64,000 nt of DNA from an uncultured Chlamydiales bacterium (GTDB lineage Bacteria; Chlamydiota; Chlamydiia; Chlamydiales; Rhabdochlamydiaceae), in assembly GCA_963700985.1 (NCBI GenBank), contig OY969554.1, positions 1,088,001 through 1,152,000 on the forward strand, read 5' to 3'. The notes below the pieces were generated by a model. The model saw nothing but the letters and a program-made list of their open reading frames with translations. It did no database searches and was not told the DNA's origin. The position numbers and the translations under genes were made by a program. Of the stretch, positions 28,394-37,476 are shown piece after piece (positions within the stretch are counted from its first letter, which is position 1; every line of letters begins with the position of its first letter).

Positions 28394-29271
28394 ACTCCTC
28401 CTTCATTTACATATAGAGGCAAGTTTTGCTTATTTGGAGGGATGTGATTTTCTTTATTATTCTTCCAGCTTTGCCATTTCCTAGTGATAGGAGCAACACA
28501 AGCCTTCCAAAATTCGCCTGTTTGGCAGCACTTTAGGCCCCTTACAAGTAAAACCTCAACAGCACCCACCAAGGTTACTTTGATTGCAGGACTAGGAGCT
28601 TGGAGCGCAATGACCTCCATGACTCTTGCTACACCTGTCATAATTTCCTCACACCATCCAGGTTCAGGGGGCTGGCTAGGACCCAAGATATCATCGTAGT
28701 TATTCCGTGCCTGTGGCTGATTTTCCTGTTTAGTTCTCTTATCTTTGCAAGCAACAATCATGTCTCGAAAGTGCAAGCTATTTACTGTGGGCCTAGTCAT
28801 GTTACGAAAATGAGGTTTGTTAGTAGATCGGCTAGCAGTTTCTTGAAAAGGCTGACGTTCTAAGCAATTACCGCCAACATGACCGACAATTATTTGGAGT
28901 TGTTGGATTGCCCTTTCAGTATCTTCCTGCATTCCAAGATTATCATAGCTAACAACCTCTCCAAATGCCGCTCTAAATGCAACAATCAACGCAGTCTCTA
29001 TATTCTGAGACCGCCCTAAGAGAGAATTAGCATTTTGAAAATCATCAACTGCTTTTTCATATTGAGCCGACAGCAGGTAACTCTCCCCTCGCGAGACATA
29101 AAGTTCAGCCAGCTCATCATATTCAGCCGGATGTGTATTAGCTATCTCTTGAGTTTCTCTTGCGATTACGTCTTGAATCGATTCACAGGAGCTATAATCT
29201 ACTTCGCGAGCGTAGGACGCGCCTACAACCAACATACAGAAACAAGCCAGAAGAAACATAACTCGATTCAT
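28390..29271 (-). CDS. Secreted TPR-containing protein with Cys-rich C-terminus
   Basis: Signal peptide and TPR LAELYVSRGESYLLSAQYEKAVDDFQNA. AGGAGG RBS. Confidence 0.7.
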   Translation of the reverse strand: MNRVMFLLACFCMLVVGASYAREVDYSSCESIQDVIARETQEIANTHPAEYDELAELYVSRGESYLLSAQYEKAVDDFQNANSLLGRSQNIETALIVAFRAAFGEVVSYDNLGMQEDTERAIQQLQIIVGHVGGNCLERQPFQETASRSTNKPHFRNMTRPTVNSLHFRDMIVACKDKRTKQENQPQARNNYDDILGPSQPPEPGWCEEIMTGVARVMEVIALQAPSPAIKVTLVGAVEVLLVRGLKCCQTGEFWKACVAPITRKWQSWKNNKENHIPPNKQNLPLYVNEGGV

Positions 29272-29674
29272 TTTCGACCTCCTGCATAAGAAAACATTTA
29301 GTTTGTTCAGGCAAGCCGATTAAGTCAAGGCGAGCTACTAAATTCTTTGTTTTCTACTCCTTGATTAAGCACCCAGTTTTTTAAGAAGGGTTCTCTATAT
29401 ATCAAACCCGCTGCTAATTTCTTTCATTCTTGATAGTCTAATTCATCTGTCCTAGAGAAAAGCAGTAAAAATGCTGAGAAATGCAGGAAACCAACTGCGG
29501 TTATCTACGATCTGATGTCCACATTAACGGAAATTATTCCTTGTTATTTTAAAGATTATAAAATATACATGTAATCAAACAATTTTTGTATTTGAAAACT
29601 ATCTTTATTGAGAGTTCACAAAAAAGCTAGGACAGCATATCCTCTTAGAGAAATTATTTTTCCGGGGAAATATA

Positions 29675-31024
29675 ATGCAGACTTTTCAGGCAGCAAGTCA
29701 TTCGACCAAAAAAAATGAAAGCTTAGCATCTTTCACCTTTCCGGACTCTCGTCCTTTCCCCTACCCACCTTTAGATGACATTGCAGATCTGAAAACCCAA
29801 CTTCCTGCAACAGCTATTATAAATGGCAGTCACCATAGCACTCAAACCACCCTGGTTTCTAAAGACAATCTACTTTTCTGCTATCGCGCATTGATAAGAA
29901 CAATCGAGGCATGCTTAGAAAAACGCTATACCGATTTCGATGCTCATACAACAGCAAACTGTTGTCATGGTATGGCACTCTTGGTTAGGGATCTCATCCT
30001 TGCAGTATTGGAGTTAGATCTATATCAACTACAACAGGAAGCCGCACAGAAGATTCAAAATCTTGAAAAGGCTACGGTCTTAAATAACCAATGTTTATGT
30101 GAACTATCGGTGCCAGGATCTCTCATTGATTTAACTTGTCTCTATGTGCTTGCCTTTATCAAAGAAGCAGATCCCCAGCGAGGAGGGCGAACGGTCACAA
30201 AAAAATTAAAATTGATAAGCCCAGTAGGCACTCAATTTTGTGATAAGATCATACGTAATCTGCAAAAGAATTTTTCTAGCTTTGTTGCAATTCGGTACAG
30301 TCATTATCTGAATAAAATAAAAAATGGAACGCGAATCAACGGAGCTCCTATTGAAATGTGGGGGCAATATGTAGCTCCTAATAACCTCAAAATTGATCGA
30401 AATGGAATTCATTACGCATCCAATCTTTTTTCAATGCAGGTCTCTTTAGCACACCTCATCCTTTCCAAGGCAAAAATTGCTATAGTTAATGACTTAATAA
30501 GCACCACGGGAAAACTGCGAGGGCGTTATACTTGCCTACTTGAAGGAGACGGGCAAGAACATTTTACGGTGCTGAATGATGAAAACATTAAACTAGATCA
30601 ATCATATCGAAATGATCCAGTCGTTGTTTTTGGAGGGTGTGTGTACTCAGATCAAATGGATTTGGATATGTTGGTAAATCGGACAAGCCGATGGCTAAAT
30701 CATTTTCCAAGCTTAGTTTTAGCCTGTGACATTTTTTACCCGCAATTTCCAAGCGTAATGAATGATCCAGAATTCGACAGTCAACCATTGATTCCTAGAG
30801 AGCAACTATTAAAAGAAATCATAGACGTTCATTCAGGCATCCAAGGAGTTTCTTCCTCAGATCCATCGCTCTTTTGTTTAGCTCATATTTACCCTGCAAG
30901 CGTTGATCAAATACTTAGAGATGAAGAAAACGAAGACAAAGCCATATTACCAACATCTTACATTCCTGCTAATAAAACATCCTTAAATGCTGAGAATGAA
31001 AGTATCTTGGCAGCTAATAAATAA
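29675..31024 (+). CDS. Hypothetical protein
   Basis: 449-aa ORF with no family recognised. Confidence 0.7.
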   Translation: MQTFQAASHSTKKNESLASFTFPDSRPFPYPPLDDIADLKTQLPATAIINGSHHSTQTTLVSKDNLLFCYRALIRTIEACLEKRYTDFDAHTTANCCHGMALLVRDLILAVLELDLYQLQQEAAQKIQNLEKATVLNNQCLCELSVPGSLIDLTCLYVLAFIKEADPQRGGRTVTKKLKLISPVGTQFCDKIIRNLQKNFSSFVAIRYSHYLNKIKNGTRINGAPIEMWGQYVAPNNLKIDRNGIHYASNLFSMQVSLAHLILSKAKIAIVNDLISTTGKLRGRYTCLLEGDGQEHFTVLNDENIKLDQSYRNDPVVVFGGCVYSDQMDLDMLVNRTSRWLNHFPSLVLACDIFYPQFPSVMNDPEFDSQPLIPREQLLKEIIDVHSGIQGVSSSDPSLFCLAHIYPASVDQILRDEENEDKAILPTSYIPANKTSLNAENESILAANK

Positions 31025-31043
31025 GATGGGGATTTCATTAAGC

Positions 31044-32291
31044 CTATGTTTTTTCACCTAAGAAAATCTTTCTAATTGCCCAAATCGATTCTTCTAGAAA
31101 ACTAATAAATAAAAAAACCATTAAGCTTGATCCAAAACCACCAATCAAAGCCCGCCATGGTTCTCCAGGATTATGAATAAGAACGATAGTTGCTGTAACT
31201 CCTCCCATAAACCAACAAAAAATATTTACAATTTTTTCTAATGGTCGAGGTCTGTGTCTGACCAAAATTTTAACTAAAAAAGCGAGCAATAGGACTGCTC
31301 CTAAACTGGATATAAAATTATCAGCCATCTCTTCTAAAAATTGCATAGGTGGAAAAGTTTGAAGAAAAGCATAACCGGCAGTACCAAGTAGCCCCACTAT
31401 TGCATATTCTTTTATGCTCCATCTATGAGGGAAAATCATTTCAAATCCGGCCGATGCAAAGTAAATATTAACTAGATTTACACATATCGAAGATAAAACT
31501 AAAAACCCAAAAGCAAACACTAAATAAACATTAATTCCATAGCCTCTTTCATTCGCAGTAAACAGTCCTGAAAATTCTGAAATATTTAGGTAAATACTAA
31601 GCACCTGAAATAGAGAAACAAAAACAGTCATAAGCGTTAAAGCAAGAAATGAATCAGCCCTTGAACGCGAATGTCGAAAAAATGTGGGTAAGTTAACAAC
31701 ACCTGGCAAAGTTACAGACATAACTGAAATTATGCCAGGCATAGAAATTCCCCATGTTCCAATGAAACTTACAGGTTTATTAATTACTATAATTGCATAG
31801 AAAAGAAAACTTAGTAGCAAAGGAAACGCTATGACACAGGTCCATTTTATTAAGCGAATTCCTCCAATAGAAAGTAAAGCCGTTAACAGGCCAAGCGCTA
31901 CTCCAATTCTTATATCTCCTTGCCATTTTTGATCATCTGAAAAAAGAACACTAACTCCAGCGCTTACAGATTTGATTTGCAAAAGATACCAGGACAAAAA
32001 TGCAATCATCAAGATCCAAGCCGCCAATGTGCTGCCACCTTTGCCAAGATATTTACGAATATTTTCGATTGCATTTTTCCTTTCAACAGCTGCCATGGAG
32101 ATGATGGTTAATCCAATTATCCAAAGAATAATATTCCCAATACAAACTGAAATGACTGCTGTCCCTGCTCCATATATCACCGAGAGTTGCCCCCCAATTA
32201 TTATCCCTGGTAAGCCTAAAGCTGTGCTTTGTATGCATGATAATTGCCAGAAATTTTGGTGGCGATCTGGTATGTGTTGATATTTTTCCAT
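31044..32291 (-). CDS. NCS1/CodB-like (cytosine/purine) permease
   Basis: About 12 TM segments, LPGIIIGGQL, LPTFFRHSRS, VNLVNIYFAS. Confidence 0.75.
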   Translation of the reverse strand: MEKYQHIPDRHQNFWQLSCIQSTALGLPGIIIGGQLSVIYGAGTAVISVCIGNIILWIIGLTIISMAAVERKNAIENIRKYLGKGGSTLAAWILMIAFLSWYLLQIKSVSAGVSVLFSDDQKWQGDIRIGVALGLLTALLSIGGIRLIKWTCVIAFPLLLSFLFYAIIVINKPVSFIGTWGISMPGIISVMSVTLPGVVNLPTFFRHSRSRADSFLALTLMTVFVSLFQVLSIYLNISEFSGLFTANERGYGINVYLVFAFGFLVLSSICVNLVNIYFASAGFEMIFPHRWSIKEYAIVGLLGTAGYAFLQTFPPMQFLEEMADNFISSLGAVLLLAFLVKILVRHRPRPLEKIVNIFCWFMGGVTATIVLIHNPGEPWRALIGGFGSSLMVFLFISFLEESIWAIRKIFLGEKT

Positions 32292-32298
32292 TTCTTCC

Positions 32299-33555
32299 TT
32301 ACGGCGAAGTCAACTTAACAAATGACCTTTTAAGAACGTTACTCACCGACAATCCTAAAATCACAACAGCTAAAATGGCTAGAACTCCGATCAATATTGG
32401 TGGGTATTTTGTGGTCATTATGCCACAAAACTGGAGAATGTTTAGAGTCGTAGAAATTAGCCAGGCGAAAAAATAAGTTCCTTTTTCGAGACTACTTGGT
32501 GAACGCCGAAACAATAGAGAGAGTACATAGGCTAAAACCAATACAAGACACAGATTTACAAGGGCATTATCGGTCGTATCTAGAAGTGAGTGCATAGAGA
32601 AAATATTTGCCACAAGGATATATATTGTTGTTAGACCCAGGCCTAGGATTAGGTATTCTTTTCGACCTGCAAAGATTGGTGCAATTATTTCCCAGCCGAC
32701 TGAAGATGAGTAAACGTTTGATACGTTTGCACATACGACTGAGACAAAAATCAAAATAATTATGAAAATTTTTTGCGCTGTACTGCTAGCTGCAAAATTT
32801 ATACCTTCTTGAGACTCTAGCCACGGACTAATAACGGGCCCAAGAAAAAGCCCCGCGATGCTAATCGCTAAACTGACTAATTGGATAATGGTTAATGCAT
32901 TGATAGATGTCTTCCATGAACGGCTATGCCGGAAAAATGTCGGTAAGTCAACGGTAATACCAAGGCTTGTTCCCAAGGCAATTGATAAGCCCATCAATGA
33001 AATGCCGACAGTCTCTGATGATATTGTTTGTAAGGGCGACGTAAAGAGTACTCCGATAAAAACTAAGATCAAAATAGGAAATGAAAAGACTGCTAACAGG
33101 CGAAGGACTACGATTCCTTCCATACAAAAAAGCGTGCTTAGAATTCCGAGAACAACGCTTGTTTGAATAAAACGATTAACGCCTTCTCCGGTATTTAAGG
33201 GAATGAGTTGAGTTAAGACATTGCTCGCCAAAGTTGTTTCAACAATAAACCATGCCAGAGTTGAAGCCAATAATAGAGCTCCAATGAAATAACCCCCAAT
33301 ATTTCCTAGGTAATCTTGCGCAATATCAAGAGCACTTTTTCGTCCTTTATAGCTCATAGAAATAATGCCATAACGAATGACCCACAGTATGACATTCGCT
33401 AACACAACTGTTACGACAGCATCGGTAAAATTCGTGAGGTGACGAATCAAAACACTCGATGCCAAAACGGGTAAACTAATAATACCTGTTAGCTGGATGA
33501 CGGCAAGCTGCAGAGAGGATTGATGAGTGTCAGGAAGCGTATGCGCTTTTGCCAT
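32299..33555 (-). CDS. Second NCS1/CodB-like permease
   Basis: About 12 TM segments, LPTFFRHSRS, ANVSNVYSSS. Start placed at the ATG at 33555, after GAGG. Confidence 0.75.
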   Translation of the reverse strand: MAKAHTLPDTHQSSLQLAVIQLTGIISLPVLASSVLIRHLTNFTDAVVTVVLANVILWVIRYGIISMSYKGRKSALDIAQDYLGNIGGYFIGALLLASTLAWFIVETTLASNVLTQLIPLNTGEGVNRFIQTSVVLGILSTLFCMEGIVVLRLLAVFSFPILILVFIGVLFTSPLQTISSETVGISLMGLSIALGTSLGITVDLPTFFRHSRSWKTSINALTIIQLVSLAISIAGLFLGPVISPWLESQEGINFAASSTAQKIFIIILIFVSVVCANVSNVYSSSVGWEIIAPIFAGRKEYLILGLGLTTIYILVANIFSMHSLLDTTDNALVNLCLVLVLAYVLSLLFRRSPSSLEKGTYFFAWLISTTLNILQFCGIMTTKYPPILIGVLAILAVVILGLSVSNVLKRSFVKLTSP

Positions 33556-33742
33556 ATAAGCAGAGACCTCTTTTATAGCTCCATAGTTTGCCACCATAAT
33601 CAAAGGTCGAGAAAAATTGTATATAACTTTTTCTAAGGCGAGTGCTTTTAGATTTTGCAAGAGGTGGTGAGGCAAAAAGCAAAAACCTTCATTGCGAAAA
33701 GCTAGTTCTCGCTACCTATTTCTTTTCAGCTTCGGAATTGAG

Positions 33743-33881
33743 CTAAAGGGCTTTGGGCTTGGTGGCTAGAACCTCGAGTGAATCAACTTGCTGGGTCAGT
33801 TGGGTTTGTTGGAAGTCGATGCAGAGGTGTTCGGGATAGGCGTTGGTAAATTGAATGTGAAATCCTGAGGGGATCAGATGG
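33743..33881 (-). pseudogene. Displaced 3' fragment of the class I methyltransferase
   Basis: Translates HLIPSGFHIQFTNAYPEHLCIDFQQTQLTQQVDSLEVLATKPKAL*, versus HLTSSGFRIQSTKAYPEQLCIDFQRTQLAQQLDSLIEVLATK* at 36232..36361. Confidence 0.85.
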
Positions 33882-34220
33882 GTACACTCTTAATGAATGT
33901 CCATACGATCATCCTTCACGCCATGGGGATGGAAGATGCAGTCAGAAAAGTTGGGTTTTCAGTAGTTACCGTTCACTTCGATAAGTGTAGAATTTTCCCA
34001 ACTATTTATGCAGTGAAGTAGAGCTGATTTTCTTTGGAAGAGATGAGTAGTGATCTAACTAAAAATCAATCGAAAGCAGTCGCCATTGGACCTATAGACC
34101 TTGTCATGCTGACAAGGTCCTGAAACTCCTTGACATAAGTGATGCGGATGTTTCAAGCTTAGCACTCCAGAAGACCGAGTGCTTAAAAATGCCTTAAACC
34201 ACAGAAAAAGGATTGTTGAT

Positions 34221-34811
34221 ATGACCAAAAATAGAGAACAGCCACAACCCAATGCTCCATCAATACCAAGTGATCCGAAACTATCGAGTGGAGAAATAAA
34301 TGCCTTGTTAAGCGCCTTAAACAATCTATCGGTCAAGTTAGGAGAAGCAACAGGGGCAATTGTCTTTGTCGAAATCCAAATGCGTTTAATCTGTCAGTTA
34401 TCTGAACCAGCGCGGATAAAATTAGTTGAACATACAGCAAAGTCTCGAGATAATAGAAAATCATATTGGGAATGTGATCCGGCGCCCCTAGCCCAAGCAA
34501 TAGCTGACATATTTAAAGCAGTTTTGAACGATGAAGAACAAAAGCAAATTCTAATAATTCCATCGTTAAGAGCCAAACTCCTCCATGGTGAATTAATCGG
34601 TCTGCTGGAGCGTTTGGGAGTAAATCCGCTAAGCCGACAGATGACTTTATTAGCAGGTAGTCTTCAGGCGCAGAAAGTAGAAGCCAAGGACATCGTAGAG
34701 GCTATCAAATGCATCGATCGGAATGATGGCTTGGGAAAAGTACGGCGTCATGCATTGACAACGTCCGGTATTCTTGAAAGAATTATCAAGAATCATCTTT
34801 GCTCTAACTAA
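34221..34811 (+). CDS. Hypothetical protein, possible HEPN-like domain
   Basis: All-helical pattern with an upstream Glu (FVEIQMR) and an Rx4H motif (LRAKLLHG). Confidence 0.55.
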   Translation: MTKNREQPQPNAPSIPSDPKLSSGEINALLSALNNLSVKLGEATGAIVFVEIQMRLICQLSEPARIKLVEHTAKSRDNRKSYWECDPAPLAQAIADIFKAVLNDEEQKQILIIPSLRAKLLHGELIGLLERLGVNPLSRQMTLLAGSLQAQKVEAKDIVEAIKCIDRNDGLGKVRRHALTTSGILERIIKNHLCSN

Positions 34812-34830
34812 GAGAACATAAAAGGCGATA

Positions 34831-35181
34831 TTATTTTGGTTTGTAACTGAATGTTTTTAAAACGTCTTTTGCTAAGTTCATAATTTTTGTCCATTCTGGA
34901 GTATCTATGAATTCTTCCGGAAAATCATTTTTATCGGCGAAAATCCTAAATTCATCATGGAACTTTTTTAGAATTTGGTATTGACTTTGTGAAAGTCCAT
35001 AATCTTGATAGTTTTCTAAAATAGGGCCACCATCTCCGAAAAAATCATTGACGGCTTCATCAAAGTCATGGCATTCCGGACCTGTTCCTTCTATCCATAT
35101 CTTTTTTTGATATTCTTTATTAGAAATGCAATAAAGATTTCGCAAAAACTCTTCAACTACATCTTTTCTATTAATTTCCAT
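34831..35181 (-). CDS. Orphan immunity-like protein (SCO4402-like)
   Basis: Small acidic protein, ISNKEYQKKIW...DFDEAVNDFF...PEW. Its start overlaps a toxin-tail remnant. Confidence 0.7.
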   Translation of the reverse strand: MEINRKDVVEEFLRNLYCISNKEYQKKIWIEGTGPECHDFDEAVNDFFGDGGPILENYQDYGLSQSQYQILKKFHDEFRIFADKNDFPEEFIDTPEWTKIMNLAKDVLKTFSYKPK

Positions 35182-35254
35182 TTATATGGCTCTTATAAAC
35201 AAACTCTTCAAAGGGTATATGAGCTTCGGGAGCATCTGATGATTTATCAATTAG
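35171..35254 (-). pseudogene. Remnant polymorphic-toxin C-terminus
   Basis: LIDKSSDAPEAHIPFEEFVYKSHINGN* resembles the local Rhs ends GGHIPLENLYYK* and GSESSHLYP. Its stop overlaps the immunity gene start by 11 nt. Confidence 0.55.
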
Positions 35255-35280
35255 GCACGAAAATTCTGGCCGACAAGTCG

Positions 35281-36225
35281 CTACCTAGTTAGCCACTCTA
35301 AAGCCAAATCAACCTCATTTTGTTCTTGGTAAAGATTATTGATTTTTTGTCGGTCCATCTTATATTGCTCGAATAGCTCTTTGTCAGTTGGATAGAGTCC
35401 GTAAGTTCTAAAGACAGGCAAAAAGAAAGCCTCACTAGTCGGGCCATATATTTGTCCTATCTCTTGGTAAAAATTCGAAGAAAACGAGGCAAAAAAATCA
35501 CCCTGCTTACCAGGCGTATTGTCATATTGGATCATCCATTCGAAAAACCAAGAATTATCTCTTCCAAATCCTAGGAGGATTCCGAGTAGGACGTGATGTT
35601 TTTGTACATCATTCCAAAATTTGGAATCTCTGTTTTCAACCTCGAAAACAACTTGAAAGGGATCAAAGCCATAGCCAAGAACCCTCCGAAAATCGATATA
35701 ATTTGCAAGAAGCGTTCTTATCATTTGCTCGATGTTCACAAAGAATAGATTATCAATGCTGTTATCATATCGATTGGGGAACCTTCCAAATAAGTATTGA
35801 CTGACTGGAAAGCGACGCTTGATTTGCTCCCACTTCTGAAAATTTGCCTTAAGATCAAAATGCTCTCTTTTCAAAACAATGAGTCTCTCTTTTTCTTCGG
35901 AGGAAAGAGATTCAATCCGTGCTTTGTGTTCAGCTAGTTCTGCTTCTGTAGCTGGATCTTCGAGAAGAGACCAAGACATTGGTTTAGTCCCATATAAGAC
36001 GTAAGCTCCGGGATCATCAAACAAGAGGTCATGGAAAAATTCTCGAAGCCAAACACGTTCTTCATTGGTTACATCAAACTTAGAAGTAGAAGATGTAGCC
36101 GTCTCAGATGCTGAGCACAAATTGGCTACAAATGGCGAAAGCGGACAGAAAAACACAAGCAGCAATAGGCTATTCTTACAGACAATGCTGAAGCTTTTAG
36201 CGAGAAATTTTCTCTTCATATTCAT
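35281..36225 (-). CDS. Hypothetical protein (GAYVLYGTKP / GILLGFG family), signal peptide
   Basis: Paralogue of 22653..23534. Starts 6 nt after the methyltransferase stop. Confidence 0.75.
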   Translation of the reverse strand: MNMKRKFLAKSFSIVCKNSLLLLVFFCPLSPFVANLCSASETATSSTSKFDVTNEERVWLREFFHDLLFDDPGAYVLYGTKPMSWSLLEDPATEAELAEHKARIESLSSEEKERLIVLKREHFDLKANFQKWEQIKRRFPVSQYLFGRFPNRYDNSIDNLFFVNIEQMIRTLLANYIDFRRVLGYGFDPFQVVFEVENRDSKFWNDVQKHHVLLGILLGFGRDNSWFFEWMIQYDNTPGKQGDFFASFSSNFYQEIGQIYGPTSEAFFLPVFRTYGLYPTDKELFEQYKMDRQKINNLYQEQNEVDLALEWLTR

Positions 36226-36231
36226 ACCCTC

Positions 36232-36882
36232 TTACTTGGTGGCAAGGACTTCGATAAGCGAGTCAAGTTGCTGGGCTAGTTGGGTTCGTTGGAAGTCGAT
36301 GCAGAGCTGCTCGGGATAGGCTTTGGTAGATTGAATGCGAAATCCTGAGGAGGTCAGATGGTTTTGGATAGATTCTTGGGTGTGAAAATATCGGCTGTAG
36401 GTGTGTCCGTTGGAGGTATAGGTGGTCATTCGAGTTTCTTGATCATAGGCTGCATCTGGGGTTTTGGCTTCGAAGCAATCGGTGGAACGCACGACTACGA
36501 ATATTCTGCCGCTGGGTTTTAGCACACGATAAAGTTCTTGTAGGGTTTGTTCGAGGGTGTGTCTGGGAAGGTAATGAAGAACTAGGCGTGCGTAGATAAA
36601 ATCGAAATGGTCATCTGTGTAGGGCAGCGGCTTGGCTACATCTTCTAGCTTGATATCGATTTGTCCAAGAAGCCCGGCTGATTCAACATGCTCTTGGGCA
36701 AATTTTAAGCCATTTGGATCGATGGTAGTGGCAACTATCTGACGTTTAGGGTTTGCATGCGCCATGCGCATTTCTGCTACGCCCCCGGTTGAAATGCCAA
36801 CGCTATAAACTAATCGATCAGCGTCTGAGAGTGCTGCAATGCCGTTATTTTCACTGATGGAAGGATATGTCAACTTATTCAT
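36232..36882 (-). CDS. Class I SAM-dependent methyltransferase
   Basis: VYSVGISTGG, EDVAKPLPYTDDHFDFIYARLVLHYL, LYRVLKPSG. Confidence 0.85.
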   Translation of the reverse strand: MNKLTYPSISENNGIAALSDADRLVYSVGISTGGVAEMRMAHANPKRQIVATTIDPNGLKFAQEHVESAGLLGQIDIKLEDVAKPLPYTDDHFDFIYARLVLHYLPRHTLEQTLQELYRVLKPSGRIFVVVRSTDCFEAKTPDAAYDQETRMTTYTSNGHTYSRYFHTQESIQNHLTSSGFRIQSTKAYPEQLCIDFQRTQLAQQLDSLIEVLATK

Positions 36883-37008
36883 GCGTCTTCATTTTTCATC
36901 AATAAATCAATTTTTTGCAGCTGAAATAGAATAGTGCCTTTCATGAAAGCACCACTTTCCTTCGATGAAAATGATCTTTCTAACTCACATTCAATGGAAA
37001 ATTTACTC

Positions 37009-37476
37009 CTAATTTTTTGGATCTCTGCTTTGAAAGTCTGACATAAGAAACTCTACCTCTTTATATTTTTTCGCTAGTTGATCGATCCAATTTGTATCTC
37101 TTGAAAAAACTTCCCAAAACCCACCGTCAATCATCTCGATAACAGTATCGCAAGTTTCATACATTTTTTGATCTTCTTTATATCGATGAAGATTTTCTTT
37201 AATTCTACATCCAATAATAAGAACCTCAATTTCCTGGAAAATTTTTTTAGAAAGCTCAACTAATGATTCAAAGGTGCAAGTAAGCCCTTCTTCAGACTCA
37301 TTGACTTTTTTTTCTAGTTCACAGATCAGCTTTCCTTCTTTTTTAATGGGAGTTACATCAAACCATAATAATGCCCAATTGAACTGATTTGCATATGGAA
37401 TGTCTACTAATATCTCAGAAAGAGGAATACACTTCCCATCCCTTATATCAGATACCCTGAGTCCCTTAGTATTCAT
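37009..37476 (-). CDS. Putative immunity protein of Rhs 37473..42545
   Basis: ATGA overlap with the Rhs stop. Small, acidic, AT-rich, with IEMIDGGFWEVFS. Confidence 0.8.
   Translation of the reverse strand: MNTKGLRVSDIRDGKCIPLSEILVDIPYANQFNWALLWFDVTPIKKEGKLICELEKKVNESEEGLTCTFESLVELSKKIFQEIEVLIIGCRIKENLHRYKEDQKMYETCDTVIEMIDGGFWEVFSRDTNWIDQLAKKYKEVEFLMSDFQSRDPKN

Noticed and set aside
33556-33742. Purine/TPP riboswitch upstream of the permeases
   Set aside because: No recognisable aptamer consensus. An Infernal/Rfam scan would settle it.
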